A stretch of DNA of 64,000 nucleotides, from contig NC_134027.1 of NCBI RefSeq assembly GCF_964204645.1, positions 20,050,560-20,114,559 of the forward strand. Reading direction: 5' to 3'. Positions within the stretch are counted from its first letter, which is position 1, and each line of letters starts with the position of its first letter. Of this stretch, positions 1 through 12,300 are shown in pieces. Both the position numbers and the translations under genes were made by a program. Below the pieces are notes generated by a model that did no database searches, was not told the origin of the DNA, and was given only the letters and a program-made list of their open reading frames with translations. This DNA comes from Tubulanus polymorphus. Taxonomy: Eukaryota; Animalia; Nemertea.

Positions 1-691
1 TTTTTACTTCATTATAACATTAATCTAATTTATCATCTATATGTTGTTTATATATAATATGTTGTGAATGAGAATTTATATTATATATTGGTTTATCTTC
101 AGATTTTATAAACTTTACTTTAACTAATATACTAATTTTAGGATATTCAACATCAGTTATTATTTTTATTATTTCTTTCATATTTTCTAAATGTTTTTTA
201 TTTTCTTCTAATGTTTTTCCTTTATGAAATTTAAACTCGATAGCTGCTGGACCAATATCACTTTTAAATGCTTCGGTTATCTCAATATCTTTTTTATTAT
301 CCAATAAATTAATATATTTTCTTACATCTTCCATGTATGGTCTTTTATTGTTTAATTTATTTTATATGCTTTTAATTGTCTTCTGTTTCTTATCATTATC
401 TTTATCAAAATAATCTTCACCTAAAATATCATTATTCATATTTCTAATATGACTTTTAGATTTTAAATGTTCTTTATAATATCTTTTATCACTGAATGAT
501 TGATTACATGTATCACATTTGTATGTTTCTTTTTCATTCTTTAATTCATCTAATTTAGTTTCTAATATATCGTCTTCATATTCTAATTTCAATTTATTCT
601 CTTAATGTGTTTTAGTTTTATTGTGTCTTGCTTTTTGGGATTTATCTATATTGATATTACATGTTGGACAGTAGTACTTATTTGCTTCCAT
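1..691 (-). pseudogene. Polinton/Maverick-like DNA polymerase B N-terminal region with two C2H2-type zinc fingers; interrupted by in-frame TAA codons and running off the left edge
   Basis: ATG at 691 opens one frame (MEANKYYCPTCNINIDKSQKARHNKTKTH*ENKLKLEY...YKCDTCNQSFSDKRYYKEHLKSKSH...KSI*NKLNNKRPYMEDVRK...EAFKS...KISILVKVKFIK...HIDDKLD*CYNEVK) that joins track ORFs 362-592 and 20-334 without a frameshift. TAA codons lie at 604-602, 364-362 and 22-20. The region is intronless and much more AT-rich than the rest of the window. The EAFKS...KVKF...IDDKL segment resembles the region preceding the GSGW motif of Polinton-type polymerases (recalled, not searched). Confidence 0.5.
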
Positions 692-1065
692 TTTAATACT
701 AAATTTTTTTCTAAAATTGATTTTAGAAGTTCAATGATTAATATATGTATTATTTCAATCACACTTTACTAACACTTTTAATGTTTAAAAATCTAACTCA
801 TACAAATATGAATATTGAAATAATGTTGTAAATATATACTTTTATATTGAATAATCTGTCAATTTAAATGTTATTCATTTATATGATTATTTTAAGAGTA
901 ATAGGGATAATAGGCTTTCAGGTTAAAGGTTGAATGGTCGAGTTCATTAAAAACAAATATTAAAAGTAATTTAAAACTATAATATATTTTCATAACCGTG
1001 TGTATTTCAGTTGAATAATAGAATAATAATTATTATTAAAATATATTTGATTATATGAATTTGTG

Positions 1066-1139
1066 TATTGTAAATAAATCAATTGGTCGCGGAGCGGAGC
1101 GGTAGCGAAGTGGAGCGACCAATTGATTTATTTACAATA
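1066..1139. repeat. Perfect 25-bp inverted repeat (hairpin/cruciform) with a GC-rich 24-nt loop
   Basis: TATTGTAAATAAATCAATTGGTCGC (1066-1090) and its exact reverse complement GCGACCAATTGATTTATTTACAATA (1115-1139); loop GGAGCGGAGCGGTAGCGAAGTGGA. Confidence 0.95.
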
Positions 1140-2610
1140 GTAAATCTTCGTAGTTTTTTTTTAAATTTCGTCGTCAAATTTCATTCTTAGAAGTCCTGAT
1201 AGCTATTCTTTTTCTTCCGCTTAGTTTAGCCCTGATTTCTCTGTTGTTTATTTACATGGCTGATTCCCAGGGTTGATTCACCCCCCCCCCCCTAATGAGG
1301 AGCCGCTCGATTTTTCGCCGATATCAACCCATTCCTGGACGCTTGGTCATCTGATGAGTCCATTTGACATCTCACAATATTTCTTAGAAGATTTGTGTAG
1401 TCTGGTCGATCCTTTGCACTGTTTCCAGGCTCAGTTTCTGTAGAGCATGCTTCAGTCTTGCTTGTTTGTTTCGATCGTCTGTTAGAAGTTTTAGAAGTTT
1501 TCGCAGTTTGTGTTGAAACCGCTGTTCATGTGTGGTTCTATACATGGCATGGCATTTGGGCATATGGCATGGCATTTTCGAATCAAAACTTATTTCACTG
1601 ATTTATAGATAATCGGTATCATAAAGTTAGATGTTGACGTTGTAAACTACCGACGTTGTAAACTACCAAAAAACCTGAAAATACGTAGTACTCTCTAGTA
1701 CTGAAGTACTAAGTAAAAATTCAATTAAGTCATTGTTTCCAAAGAAAGAAGTCGAAATCTTTTCCTATTCTTTTTTCGAAAAAAACTGACCCTAACGTAC
1801 TATCGTGTTTTTCCAGGAGCCTAGTACAGGATAGAACATGTAAATCAATCAAGCATTGCAATTCCGCAATTTTTTATTTAAGGACGACTGGAAGGTTTTG
1901 ACTGTGGGGAGGACAAAATAAAGCACTAGGCCCGAGGAGCGATTTGTTAAAAGGCGCAATTAAAGAAAACAGCTGCAAACAATCTGATCGCGCAATTAAA
2001 ATAGAATATTTTGAATTGCAGAATTTAGGAAAAATAAAAGATAATAGATTCTATTTGAATGGTCTTGGCATACCATGCAATATATATGCCAATTATGCCA
2101 TATGCCATGCCAGGTTTAGAACCCGTTCCTGTGCCCAGTTTGGAGTGATCCCATGCATTTCCAAGCCGTCGAGGTTTGGTAATTTTTCCTCCGAACCCCA
2201 AACATGTCATTAGATTTTCAATTATCGTCAATTCAGAATTTTCACGCCTTTTAATCAGCTATTTTTTGGTTCTGCAATTTTATGAATTATTATATGCGTT
2301 CCTCGCTTATCTATTTGTTCCAGATCTTGCTTGAATTTTTCGAGTTGATCTTATCAGTCCGAATTTGTTTTGGTGTGCCAAAATAGAGGAGATTTTTTGT
2401 CTTGACCTGCGAGATTTAGTTTTTGGTGAAGTCGGTTTCGGCCGCTATAGAGTAGAAGTCTCTTCGGCATTTTGTGGCTAATTTGCAGCCACGGAATTTT
2501 CACAGCATATGGCATTTATAAGACAACTGTGAGAATAAAGCATTATCATATTCATAATTCAAATCATATGAATGCATCATATGAATGCATACTCCTGTTT
2601 TTAGTCAATA

Positions 2611-2652
2611 TCTCTCTGACGAGGATCTCTAGTGTGAGATCGAAACGTCGTG
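2611..2652 (+). ncRNA. Minimal hammerhead ribozyme core of Penelope-like-element type, probably degenerate
   Basis: CTGACGA (2616-2622), an extra G, helix II GATCTC/tagtgt/GAGATC, then GAAAC-GTC (2642-2649). Helix I pairing is poor. Confidence 0.6.
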
Positions 2653-3185
2653 TTCTTATATTTTAGATTGTAAATAATAAATTCTCGATTTTAGATTTAA
2701 TTTGTAAATAGTGGGTTTTTATCTTATCATCTGTTCACCACGTTTCAGTGTGTGGTTATCGCACCGTGAAGCTGTAATTTTGCACAATATATAAGTTTAT
2801 TGGAATTTGATTGCGGCCTGTCGACTCTTTTATAGACTGGTTACCGGTCTATATCTTCTGAATGGGACAGGCAACCAGTCTAACTCTTTTACAAATTTCA
2901 AATTATATGTTCTACAATTCTATCATAAAATTTCGGTTATTAAAAACTAAATAAATAGATATTAGAATTGTGATAGAATCGCCAGTTCATCTTTGAACAT
3001 TCGCTAATATTGACGATTTTAATTATGTATTAAGAATCGCTACAATTGAACGGAGGATAGAAAAGTGGCGATTGTAGCGAATGTTCGATACCGCACCAAA
3101 CTCCTGCCTTATTTGAATATAAATCGTCCATAATACGTTATTCCATGATATGTTTATCATAATGTTGCGTCAATTTTTGTTTGCA

Positions 3186-3217
3186 CTCTCATGGCAACGC
3201 GTAAACAATATGGCGGC
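3186..3217 (+). promoter_or_regulatory. Candidate motile-cilia promoter module: RFX X-box half site, forkhead (FOXJ1-type) site and YY1-like motif
   Basis: CTCTCATGGCAAC (3186-3198), GTAAACAA (3201-3208) and AATATGGCGGC (3207-3217) lie 85-115 bp upstream of the IQCA1 ATG. Confidence 0.5.
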
Positions 3218-3301
3218 ATACTGACTTATTGAACGGGATAATTCTTGGGGCGATAAAAATTGGATTTGCTATAAACAGGGCGAATTATCTTGGCATAAAA
3301 C

Positions 3302-6300
3302 ATGTCGCACAGGTATGATTTAAACTATTTTAATCAAAAGGAGGTGTTAAGGGTCGTACATATATTCCAGACTCAGAGCCCTGCGAACTAAAGTTGCCGG
3401 GTTGTATGTATGTATTGATCACCACCACCACGTCCACGGCACAGGGGAGAAGGGTTTGGCGATGGGCTTGGATTTTATTTCCGGGTTGTTGATAATCTCG
3501 CGAGAATGGCGCTAAATATGAACTGCGAATAAATTCAAAATATGACGGAAATACCTTGTGTTTATATTGTTTATTTATCCGCTATAAAGTTTCGATAAAC
3601 AATTGGTCGTTAAGATTAAGAATCATTATCAGACGGTCGTCACGCTTTACTATATAAAACCACAAGGGACGAAAAAACGCCAGGCCTCCGCTGTACTTAA
3701 ATTTTCAGCCAGAAAGTTGGGACAGTCACGTGACATTCTGATGACGTCATCGCATTTAAAACTTCAACATTAAAAGTTAACATGTTCACAGACCGATATC
3801 AATTGTCAGATTATGATTCATATGAAATAAATAACTAATAAAGAATAAATTATGATGAAATATATAATTCATAGTCAAAAAATGCATTTGAATGTAAGTT
3901 ATTCTCAAATATTTTTCGTATCATAGTTTCCATCTTAGATGCTTCAGGTTCGCGTTCAGTCAAATAAGAAGCGTTAAGTCACGTGACTGTCCCAACTTTC
4001 TGGCTGGCACGGATAAATAAACAATATAAACACAAGGTATTTCCGTGATATTTTGAATTTATTCGCAGTTCATATTTAGCGCCATTCTCGCGAGATTATC
4101 AACAACTTGAAAATAAAATCCAAGCCCATCGCCAAACCCCTGTGGTATTGATGTGTTATAAATGCCAATGGGGTGTCGGGTCATAACGTCCTCATGTCAA
4201 AACGTCCTCGCATACCCGGTCAAAGCGTCCTCGCTTTTGTCGGTCAAAACGTCCTCATTTTCGTCAGTCAAAACGTCCTCACTCATGCCAGAATAACTTT
4301 ATCATATAATAAATTCAGTCAATGCATATAGTTATTACTACTGTTAAATCTGAGTTATAAGCTTAGTATATATGACCTTTAACATAGATGGCATATGAGG
4401 CAGTCAATCAATATTTACAAAACAGAAAATAAAAGTATTTAAAACATAGGCCTAAGACAAACGTTATTTACAGCATACTAATTACATACTATCGGAGGAG
4501 GGGTCTAAATACATCTAAAAAAAAGTTCAGATTTTTTAGGCCTAAAACATCAAGGTTCCTAAAGGTGACTATTGATTGAGCTGTTGAGTGTGTCGAGGAC
4601 ATAGGCCCCTAATACAGACAAGGACCGAGGACGTTTTGACTGGAGGACGTTTTGACATGAGGACGTTTTGACCGTAATTCATTAATGGTGGGCTGCACCA
4701 AAAGTGGCAGGAATATCATTTGTCACTGTCAGAACGTGGATAGGGTGGTAGCCACTGGATGGAAAAACGAAGTTGATATTTCAACGGTTTTATTTCACTT
4801 AAAGATATTTTAGTTGGATGATTCATGGCCATTATTGGCATTGAATAATTAAGCCAGGGTTTGCTTTGAGTGAGAAGGGGGTTTTACAAGAAGATGAGAA
4901 TCGGCTTAGTTAACGTTAGGATGGGTAGAGCAAGTTAGGATGGGTAGAGCATGATCAGGTTAGTTGCAATAAGACAGAGGGCTGTCAGGTTTACTCCTGC
5001 TGCTAAGTTAGAATAGGCCTATTCAGCGTTTTGCGACCAGCCTCAGTGGTCAAGTGAGGAGACACTGTGTTATTTCACCCAGCACTGGCAGCGGTTGTCT
5101 CCACAGAGATCTCCGTCGCTCTACGATCCTAGTGTAACCAATCTGTGGTACATCAGACACCAAGGTTCTTGGTGAACGTGTTATTAACCCAGGTTTGAAT
5201 GTAGTCTAGTACCTAGCCGTCGTTCCACAAACAACGTCTAGGGCAAAAGTACTCACATAATGTTGATTTTCGTCCCTCATTTTGATGAAAGAGGTTTTTT
5301 AGCGTCTATTTCACCCCTTAAAACACCATCAACTTATCTCAAACTGACTGTTCTGTAATCAGATGAAAGTTAACTATTGTTTGGGCATAAATTTTTAATC
5401 CTAAATAGGCCTAGCTTTTGACGATTGAAGTGACTCAAAACTCTTCACTAAAAAAAAGTCTATTTATTTTTGATTGTCCACGATCTTTTTGGGATATTTC
5501 GCTTAGTTTTGGGTGTGCAGGTTGCTGCGGTTCCAACGCCATTGCGGTTGCAATAGGGATAGTTACTAGGTAGTTACAGTAAGCTTTAGCTTTTATTATC
5601 GTGTATGGCAATGTTTTTGCCTGGGTTTGAATGCAGAATTTTCTGCTCTATTTACTCTTACTCTTTCCTCGATTTTTCTTAGTCGAGCACCTCAGTATGC
5701 ATGCGCGATTTGAATTAAAGCCAATAATAATAGTGTTATCAGCATAATGATGTTAACTTGGATAATGCCAAATCCTAAAAATTGTGAATTTTATTTTAGT
5801 TGTACCTGTTTTAAAAAATATTTTCAGTACGTATAACAAGCAATGGTCGGAAGCCCAAGCAGCGATCGGAGACTTGCTCCAAATAGAAGCTCCAGAAGAA
5901 CCTGCTAAACCGGAAAAGGTGAGAACAAGACACTTGAAGGAGAGCGTCCTTTTGGTTGATTGTGATAAAAGCCGATTAGAGTTCTTTCGTGCTACCGATT
6001 GTGAGTCAAACACTCGGCCTCACCATCCCTACCCTCCTCTTCTGGTTATTGACTTGAAAAATATATTGCAATTTTGCTCCAAGTCGGTAAGGCCTCTTGA
6101 CTGATTACCTGTCTCGAACCTTTCCAGTAGCTAGGCCTTCACTCCTTCAGTAACCTTCCCGCACAAGTGTGAATAAACTATCAAGGTCATGGATATTGAT
6201 TAAAAGCGCTTGAATTTTGTAAAATTGAACATTCATAATCAATGTCAATTAAGAAGCATCCTCCCTCGGCATGGATTAGAACCGGATGGCGTCACTACAC

Positions 6301-9300
6301 TCAACTACAACACGAACCCGGCACATAAGATTGGGTGCGCAAGTACATGCATGGGTTTGCCGCACGAAAACTTGTACATAATACCATGTACTTTGCACCA
6401 ATCAGATATTGCTTGTAGTAGGCCTATAATCACTGAAGTAAATTTCACGAGAACTATAAATGGGAAAGCCGCGCCGAAATAGATCTAAACTATATAATTG
6501 GCTAATGATGACATCATCTCTTCGTGTAGCACGGTTTGAATCATGGCAATCTTGATGCCATCAGGTTTGAATCCCTGCCGGGGATGATGAGCAGGAAACA
6601 GTATGGGTTACATCATTAAACACGTCATAGTAAGAAATGTTTAAGAAAGACACAATCTAAGATCACCTGACCTTTTTTTTCACTGAGAACATTGTCTTCT
6701 ATTCTTTTGTTTTTAGGATCGTTTGGCTGCGTTTCAGCTGTTAGCTACGATGTATATCAAGTATATACAGATATTTCGTCGTTTGGAACAAAGCTACGAT
6801 CAAATCGTTCACCCACAAAAACGCCGTGTTCTGCGACATGTCTTAGACGGCTGTATGGGACGCGTTTTAGAAGTAAAAAATGAAATGGTTCAACTCGAGT
6901 TTTCAGAATTTCATTATTTTGATGATGTTTTGTCTGATTTGAAATTAACGCCAGTAAGTATACAAATAAGTTAACAAAGCCACGTCTACTCTACCACTAT
7001 TCATGTCAAGTTAAATTTGCTAAATTGGGTTTGATGCTTTAGAGCTTCCAGGATTTAGTTCCACAGGGTGGGGGTTAGCTCTAAGTTGAAATCAGTTCAT
7101 TTTCAGAGTTTCATGAGTCATATCTTAACTCACACCTGCGGGACTGCATTCTGGTGTCCATATCAATCATGTAAGGCTATACTGGGTTGTTCACTTTGCT
7201 TTTAAAAGAGATTTGATAGAGCGCCCCTAGTGTCTGCATCTAGACACTATCACCTCAGGTTATACAGTGTAATTTCATGATTTGAATAGGCCTGATCTGT
7301 GTAACTCAGTTTGATAATATAATTAGCTTTAGAGTGATTTGACTTATTGACGCACCACCTCATGTCTGGATAGCCAAACACATGCATACCGCAATTTGAC
7401 CCCTTGAAAATGAGGCCTATTTTCGATCTGAACTGGTTTGTTATTTTGTAGAATGATGTTGAAATGCCAATCCCGAAATATTTCTTGAACGAACGTACTA
7501 AAGCCTTGAAAGAAAGAGAAAAGTTACTCGGACAGATCCTGGCAAAAATGGGTCCACAAGACAAAGACACGGTAAGGGGTATTGAGCCGTGAGATATCAA
7601 CACTTTCAGATATCGGAGTAAATTTGGAAAATTCCAAAATATTCTAGAGCAGTGAGACATATGATGGAAATGTCATCATAGTCCACATGAACTCAATATT
7701 CAACTTCAAGTTGAATCTTGTTTTACTTTCACGAAACAAACCTGGCAGTTTATAAGATGTACTCTTAAGAGATTTCAATTGGGCTCTGGTTAGGTCTGAC
7801 GTGAACTTAGCCAACTTACACATTTCAACATTTGTAGGATAAAGAAGAAATTAAGATGACGCTGGAGGATGCAATTCGTCTGATTCAAATTCATGAACGT
7901 GCGAGACAGGGTAGGCTACGGGCTAAATTTATGAAAGAAATTCACGAGCAAGAAAAACGCGAAATGGAAGCTGCCAATCGTGGAGCCCCAACGCTTGATC
8001 CGGATGTCGCCGCAATTCGGATTCAGAAGGTATGAGTTTGTAACATAGGCCTTAGTTTGTCATTGAGGAAATCATTCAACCTTTTCCTACAGATCGCTAT
8101 AGTCAATCGCTTACAGGGGCCATTTTAGATTGATAATTCTGAGGTGATTGGATAGATGGCAGCAGAGCATCACGCTAGCTGTTGTAAATCAAAATGTCAT
8201 TTTGCAGTCACGACACAAAGTCACCATTTTGTCACGGTGCTACCTCAGATGTTTTTAACAAATGTACCGCAAACACCAGAAATTAGACATTTTAGCACAC
8301 TTCCAAAAAAGTCCAGACTTCACACAACAAAGTGTAAATGTCTGAGCAAGAGTGATTCCCACAATCCAACAGCGGTGACTTGAACCTGGTAGCATCATGC
8401 CCACCACGTAATGGACAAATGCCCAAACAAACCCAATGTACCTGTAAGTTGAGCAGCATTGGCCTAATGTCATTAACAGCCAATCAGGGAAATCATACGG
8501 TTATTCATTTTCATCTTATATGAAATTGCCTTATACAATGGCCAATCTGATTGCCACTGACAATCCGCGGCTAAGCTGCACAACTATATACCAAGGCTAT
8601 TCCAACAGGGGTTCGTACTGTAGCAGTCTCGATGCCGTCAGGTTGTAATCGAATCCCTGCAGAGAGAGAATCAGTGATTCCAGGCTGTAGATTCATACCT
8701 GGGTCCAGTTTTAAAAACTAGATTATTTGTGGTATCCCTCTCAGTCATTTTCAATTTCAATGAGTAATAAAAATTATTTGCAATTGATTATGTGATGCTG
8801 GGCCCTGTATAAAAGAATTGACCAAGGCGAAGGTTGCCTGCGCTGGCTAAATTGATTAAGCCTATTTGTGACATTCCTCTCAGTCATTTTCAATTTCAAT
8901 GAATGAACTTAATAATAGAAATTATTTGAAATAATTATGTGAGGCTGGGCCCTGTATAAGAATTGACCAAGGCAAAGGTCCCTGTGTTGGCTGATGACAC
9001 AGTAGTGTTCAGTAGGACGGTGTTGAATTTTGCTATGGAATCAGATTGAATGATACGTTATCTGTGATAGCTATATAGGTATTCATTTCATGTTTGTTGC
9101 CAGAAAATCAATTAAATCAAGTGAAGTTAATTAAGAAAAGTTTTGATTGAATTGAACTATTATTTTTGAAGAATTTTTAGTCTTGAAAAGGATAGACTAT
9201 TTTTCATCATTGATGAAATCTAATTGAATAACCATATTATGCTTACCTGGTATATTGTCCATTTACAAAATAATTGACACAACTAATGAGAATGCTCACT

Positions 9301-12300
9301 ACTTACACTATCTTAAACTATTAACTTAGATGTTAACGCAGATAGAATGGTTCACTAACTATGAATGTATGTATTAAGTCAATACCTGCTTAATCGGTAC
9401 ACTTTAATCCTGAATTTTATCACATCTGGATATTGTACTGGCCACCTAGGTAGGCCTATATAATGTACAGCGTAAAATATGGTGTTCAATCTGGATTTCA
9501 CCTGGTGTGATTATTTTCATTGGCCCTAAGTGAACGGATTAAACTCGGTTTGCTGTACATTGAAACTTCTTAATCCAGATCTGGCCACTTCAGTTCTTGA
9601 AGTTGTTGGTGAAGTTTGTCTCTAGGGCGCATTTCGAATTAAAAAGTTTTAATTAACACTGGATTTTGGTCCTGGTCATGCAAGTTCTACTATTGGGTAT
9701 TCATACGTAGTGGCCATCCACAATATTTTTGTTACATACTGGTAGACATCATTGGTTGAATTTCATCAGTCCCAAATAATCTGGATTAAGTGAGTTTCAT
9801 TGCATTTTTTCCATTGTCCGCTTTTAACGCTTATTCGTATAACAAGCACAGAATGCATTGCTTGCATGGCTTAATCGATCACTAATTACAGATGTGGAAA
9901 GGTTTTTCGACACGTAAACTAGCGAGACTCGAACGCGAAGAAGAAATGCGTTTTATCGGAATGGTGGGTACACATTCTAACATCTTATATGTGAACAATG
10001 TTTGATTTTTGAATGGATTACTGATGATAGGTTTTTGAAAGACTGGTATTACTGAAAACCGTTTGTAACCAAATTTGACTAATGCCGGTTTGAAACTGAA
10101 AGTAGGCTATAACCTGCCCTAAGGAAAGTTACACTCCTGCAAGTTATAGAATAGCTGTGTACAGAAACAATATCATCTTAGACTGGTCTTTTAGCCTTTA
10201 CTGTTTCGAAATTGACCGGTGTTTTGATCATACAATTCTACTCTTCATTTTTGAATTGAATTAGCCTATAATAGCGTTGTATTTTCTTATGCCTCTATCT
10301 ATACCATATAAGCCCCGTTGAAAAAGTTCTTTCGAAATGAAGTGTGGAATATCAGTAATTCTGTTTAAAAGTTATAGATTGTTCTATATGTAGTGCACAG
10401 TGCATGGGTAGATGGTAGACAGTAGAATAATAGACCTAAACTATTAACTGCTGCACAGTTCTTTTTCTATAAAGAGACCCATGTTTTTTGTGTGGATCAT
10501 GTTTTCAGATATGGAAAGGTTTCTCAAGTCGCAGACGCGTAACTAAGCAACGCGAAGAGGAATTTCGTTGGCTCGGAATGGTAAAAATATAGCAAAACCT
10601 TACTAACCAAGCCCCTACCCCTATTTCATATGCTTTTAAGCTCAAGCTTAATTGGATTTTTATTGGAAGAGAGATCGAGCCCACATTGACTTTCAAGGAT
10701 TTGTTTGAAATTCAAATGAATCATTTCAAATATCAATGAAAAGATTTGGATAGAGAGTGTCTATCCAAATGAAATCACATGCATATTAATGATAAACCTT
10801 TCTTTATTCAATGAACTAAAAACTGATTATGCAAGGTAAAAAATAAGAAAATTCTTATCAACATACATGTGTTGAAATTTGTAAATTTCTGGAAAAGATG
10901 TTACTGGAAATATGTACAAAATACCTGGTACTGGATAAATGTTTTGAAAAAATGTCAACTTGCATTAATGCTGAAAATGGTAAATGCAATGTTGGCATCA
11001 AAATGTACATTTCAAAGACCTTTTTCCCATCTCTCAACCCACTGAGTGCCACTATTAGTGGGTTCAAGGCACTTTTTCCTGAGTACTCAAAGAGAGTAAC
11101 CTCTGCCACTATTAGAATTTAAACTCACGTTGGAGGCCCATAGAAAAGGCTAGACTCCACCTGAGGTAGAATTATTGTACCTGGTTCACAAAATCAAAAT
11201 TTTAAGAAATATCTATGGGGGTGAGTCCAGTATTTCAAAAGGGGGTGGGTTCATGAATAAGAAAGGCAAATGCTCCAAGAAAGTGATATTGGGGCAAAGC
11301 GAAAATGAGGGGTATGAAAATTAAAGGGTAACTGACAATTTTTTTTATTTCAAAATATGATGTATTCTATTGATCTTTACACTCATCTTCAACTGTTCTC
11401 TTCAAAAATGTTTAGTTTACGCGCAATTTGTGATTTTGTAACATGATTTTTACCTCATTTCGTTGTTTATATCTCTTATTGTTCAGCGTCGGCTAAACCA
11501 GCAGGTGCGCGCTGCAACTTCATAAAGAGAAAGCTGAGAAATAGCGTCTATAGAAATGCGTTGAATTTTGGTGAAACTACATGTATTTTCTGTTACATCT
11601 CAATGCCAGATTGTTTTACAGCTTTGAAACTGGCCAGGGAGATAGAAGTTCATAAGTCAAAATATCCTCGGTATTAGATCTTACCATGATTTTACTTACT
11701 ATCACTAAATGATAATCCAAAACGATGATTTATACATCCGTGTTCCGTGCTGTCTACTAGAAAATGCCATGGATTGCTTTTCAAATCCTATTTTTTGCTT
11801 TTAGTTTGAACAGATGTGGTCCGTTCAACAGCTAATTATAATCATTGATGTGTAGCCTTTCAAAATCAAGAGGCATTTTGTCGGAATACGAATGTCAAAT
11901 AGGTATAAAGATAAAGTTGAATTGCTCTTGTAGCTTATTTCCTATTCATTTCTATAGACATCATTTCCGAGCAGTCCCTTCAGTGACGTAGTTCTAATAA
12001 TAGACACAGTACCACGCGTTCAGCAGAAGCAATGTATACACTGAACAGGTGCGCGAACATCAAAATCATAAATTCTGACTAGATTGAAAAGATTTTTCCA
12101 ATTTTGTAATCACCTAGGCTTATTTTATACTATTATCTATCGTTTAGTATAAAAAGTAGAAAATCTTAAAAAAGTGTCACTTACCCTTTGAGATGCATTT
12201 TTATGTAATCTGAGGGAATTTTTAGCCAAAATCTCTTGGGAAATATTTCAATCAACTTGATTGGTTTTCATAAATGCTTTTCGAAAGGGCACTCAGTTGT

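Noticed and set aside
1345-1380. CTGATGA-GTC-cattt-GAC hammerhead-like start
   Set aside because: No GAAA box follows the hairpin.
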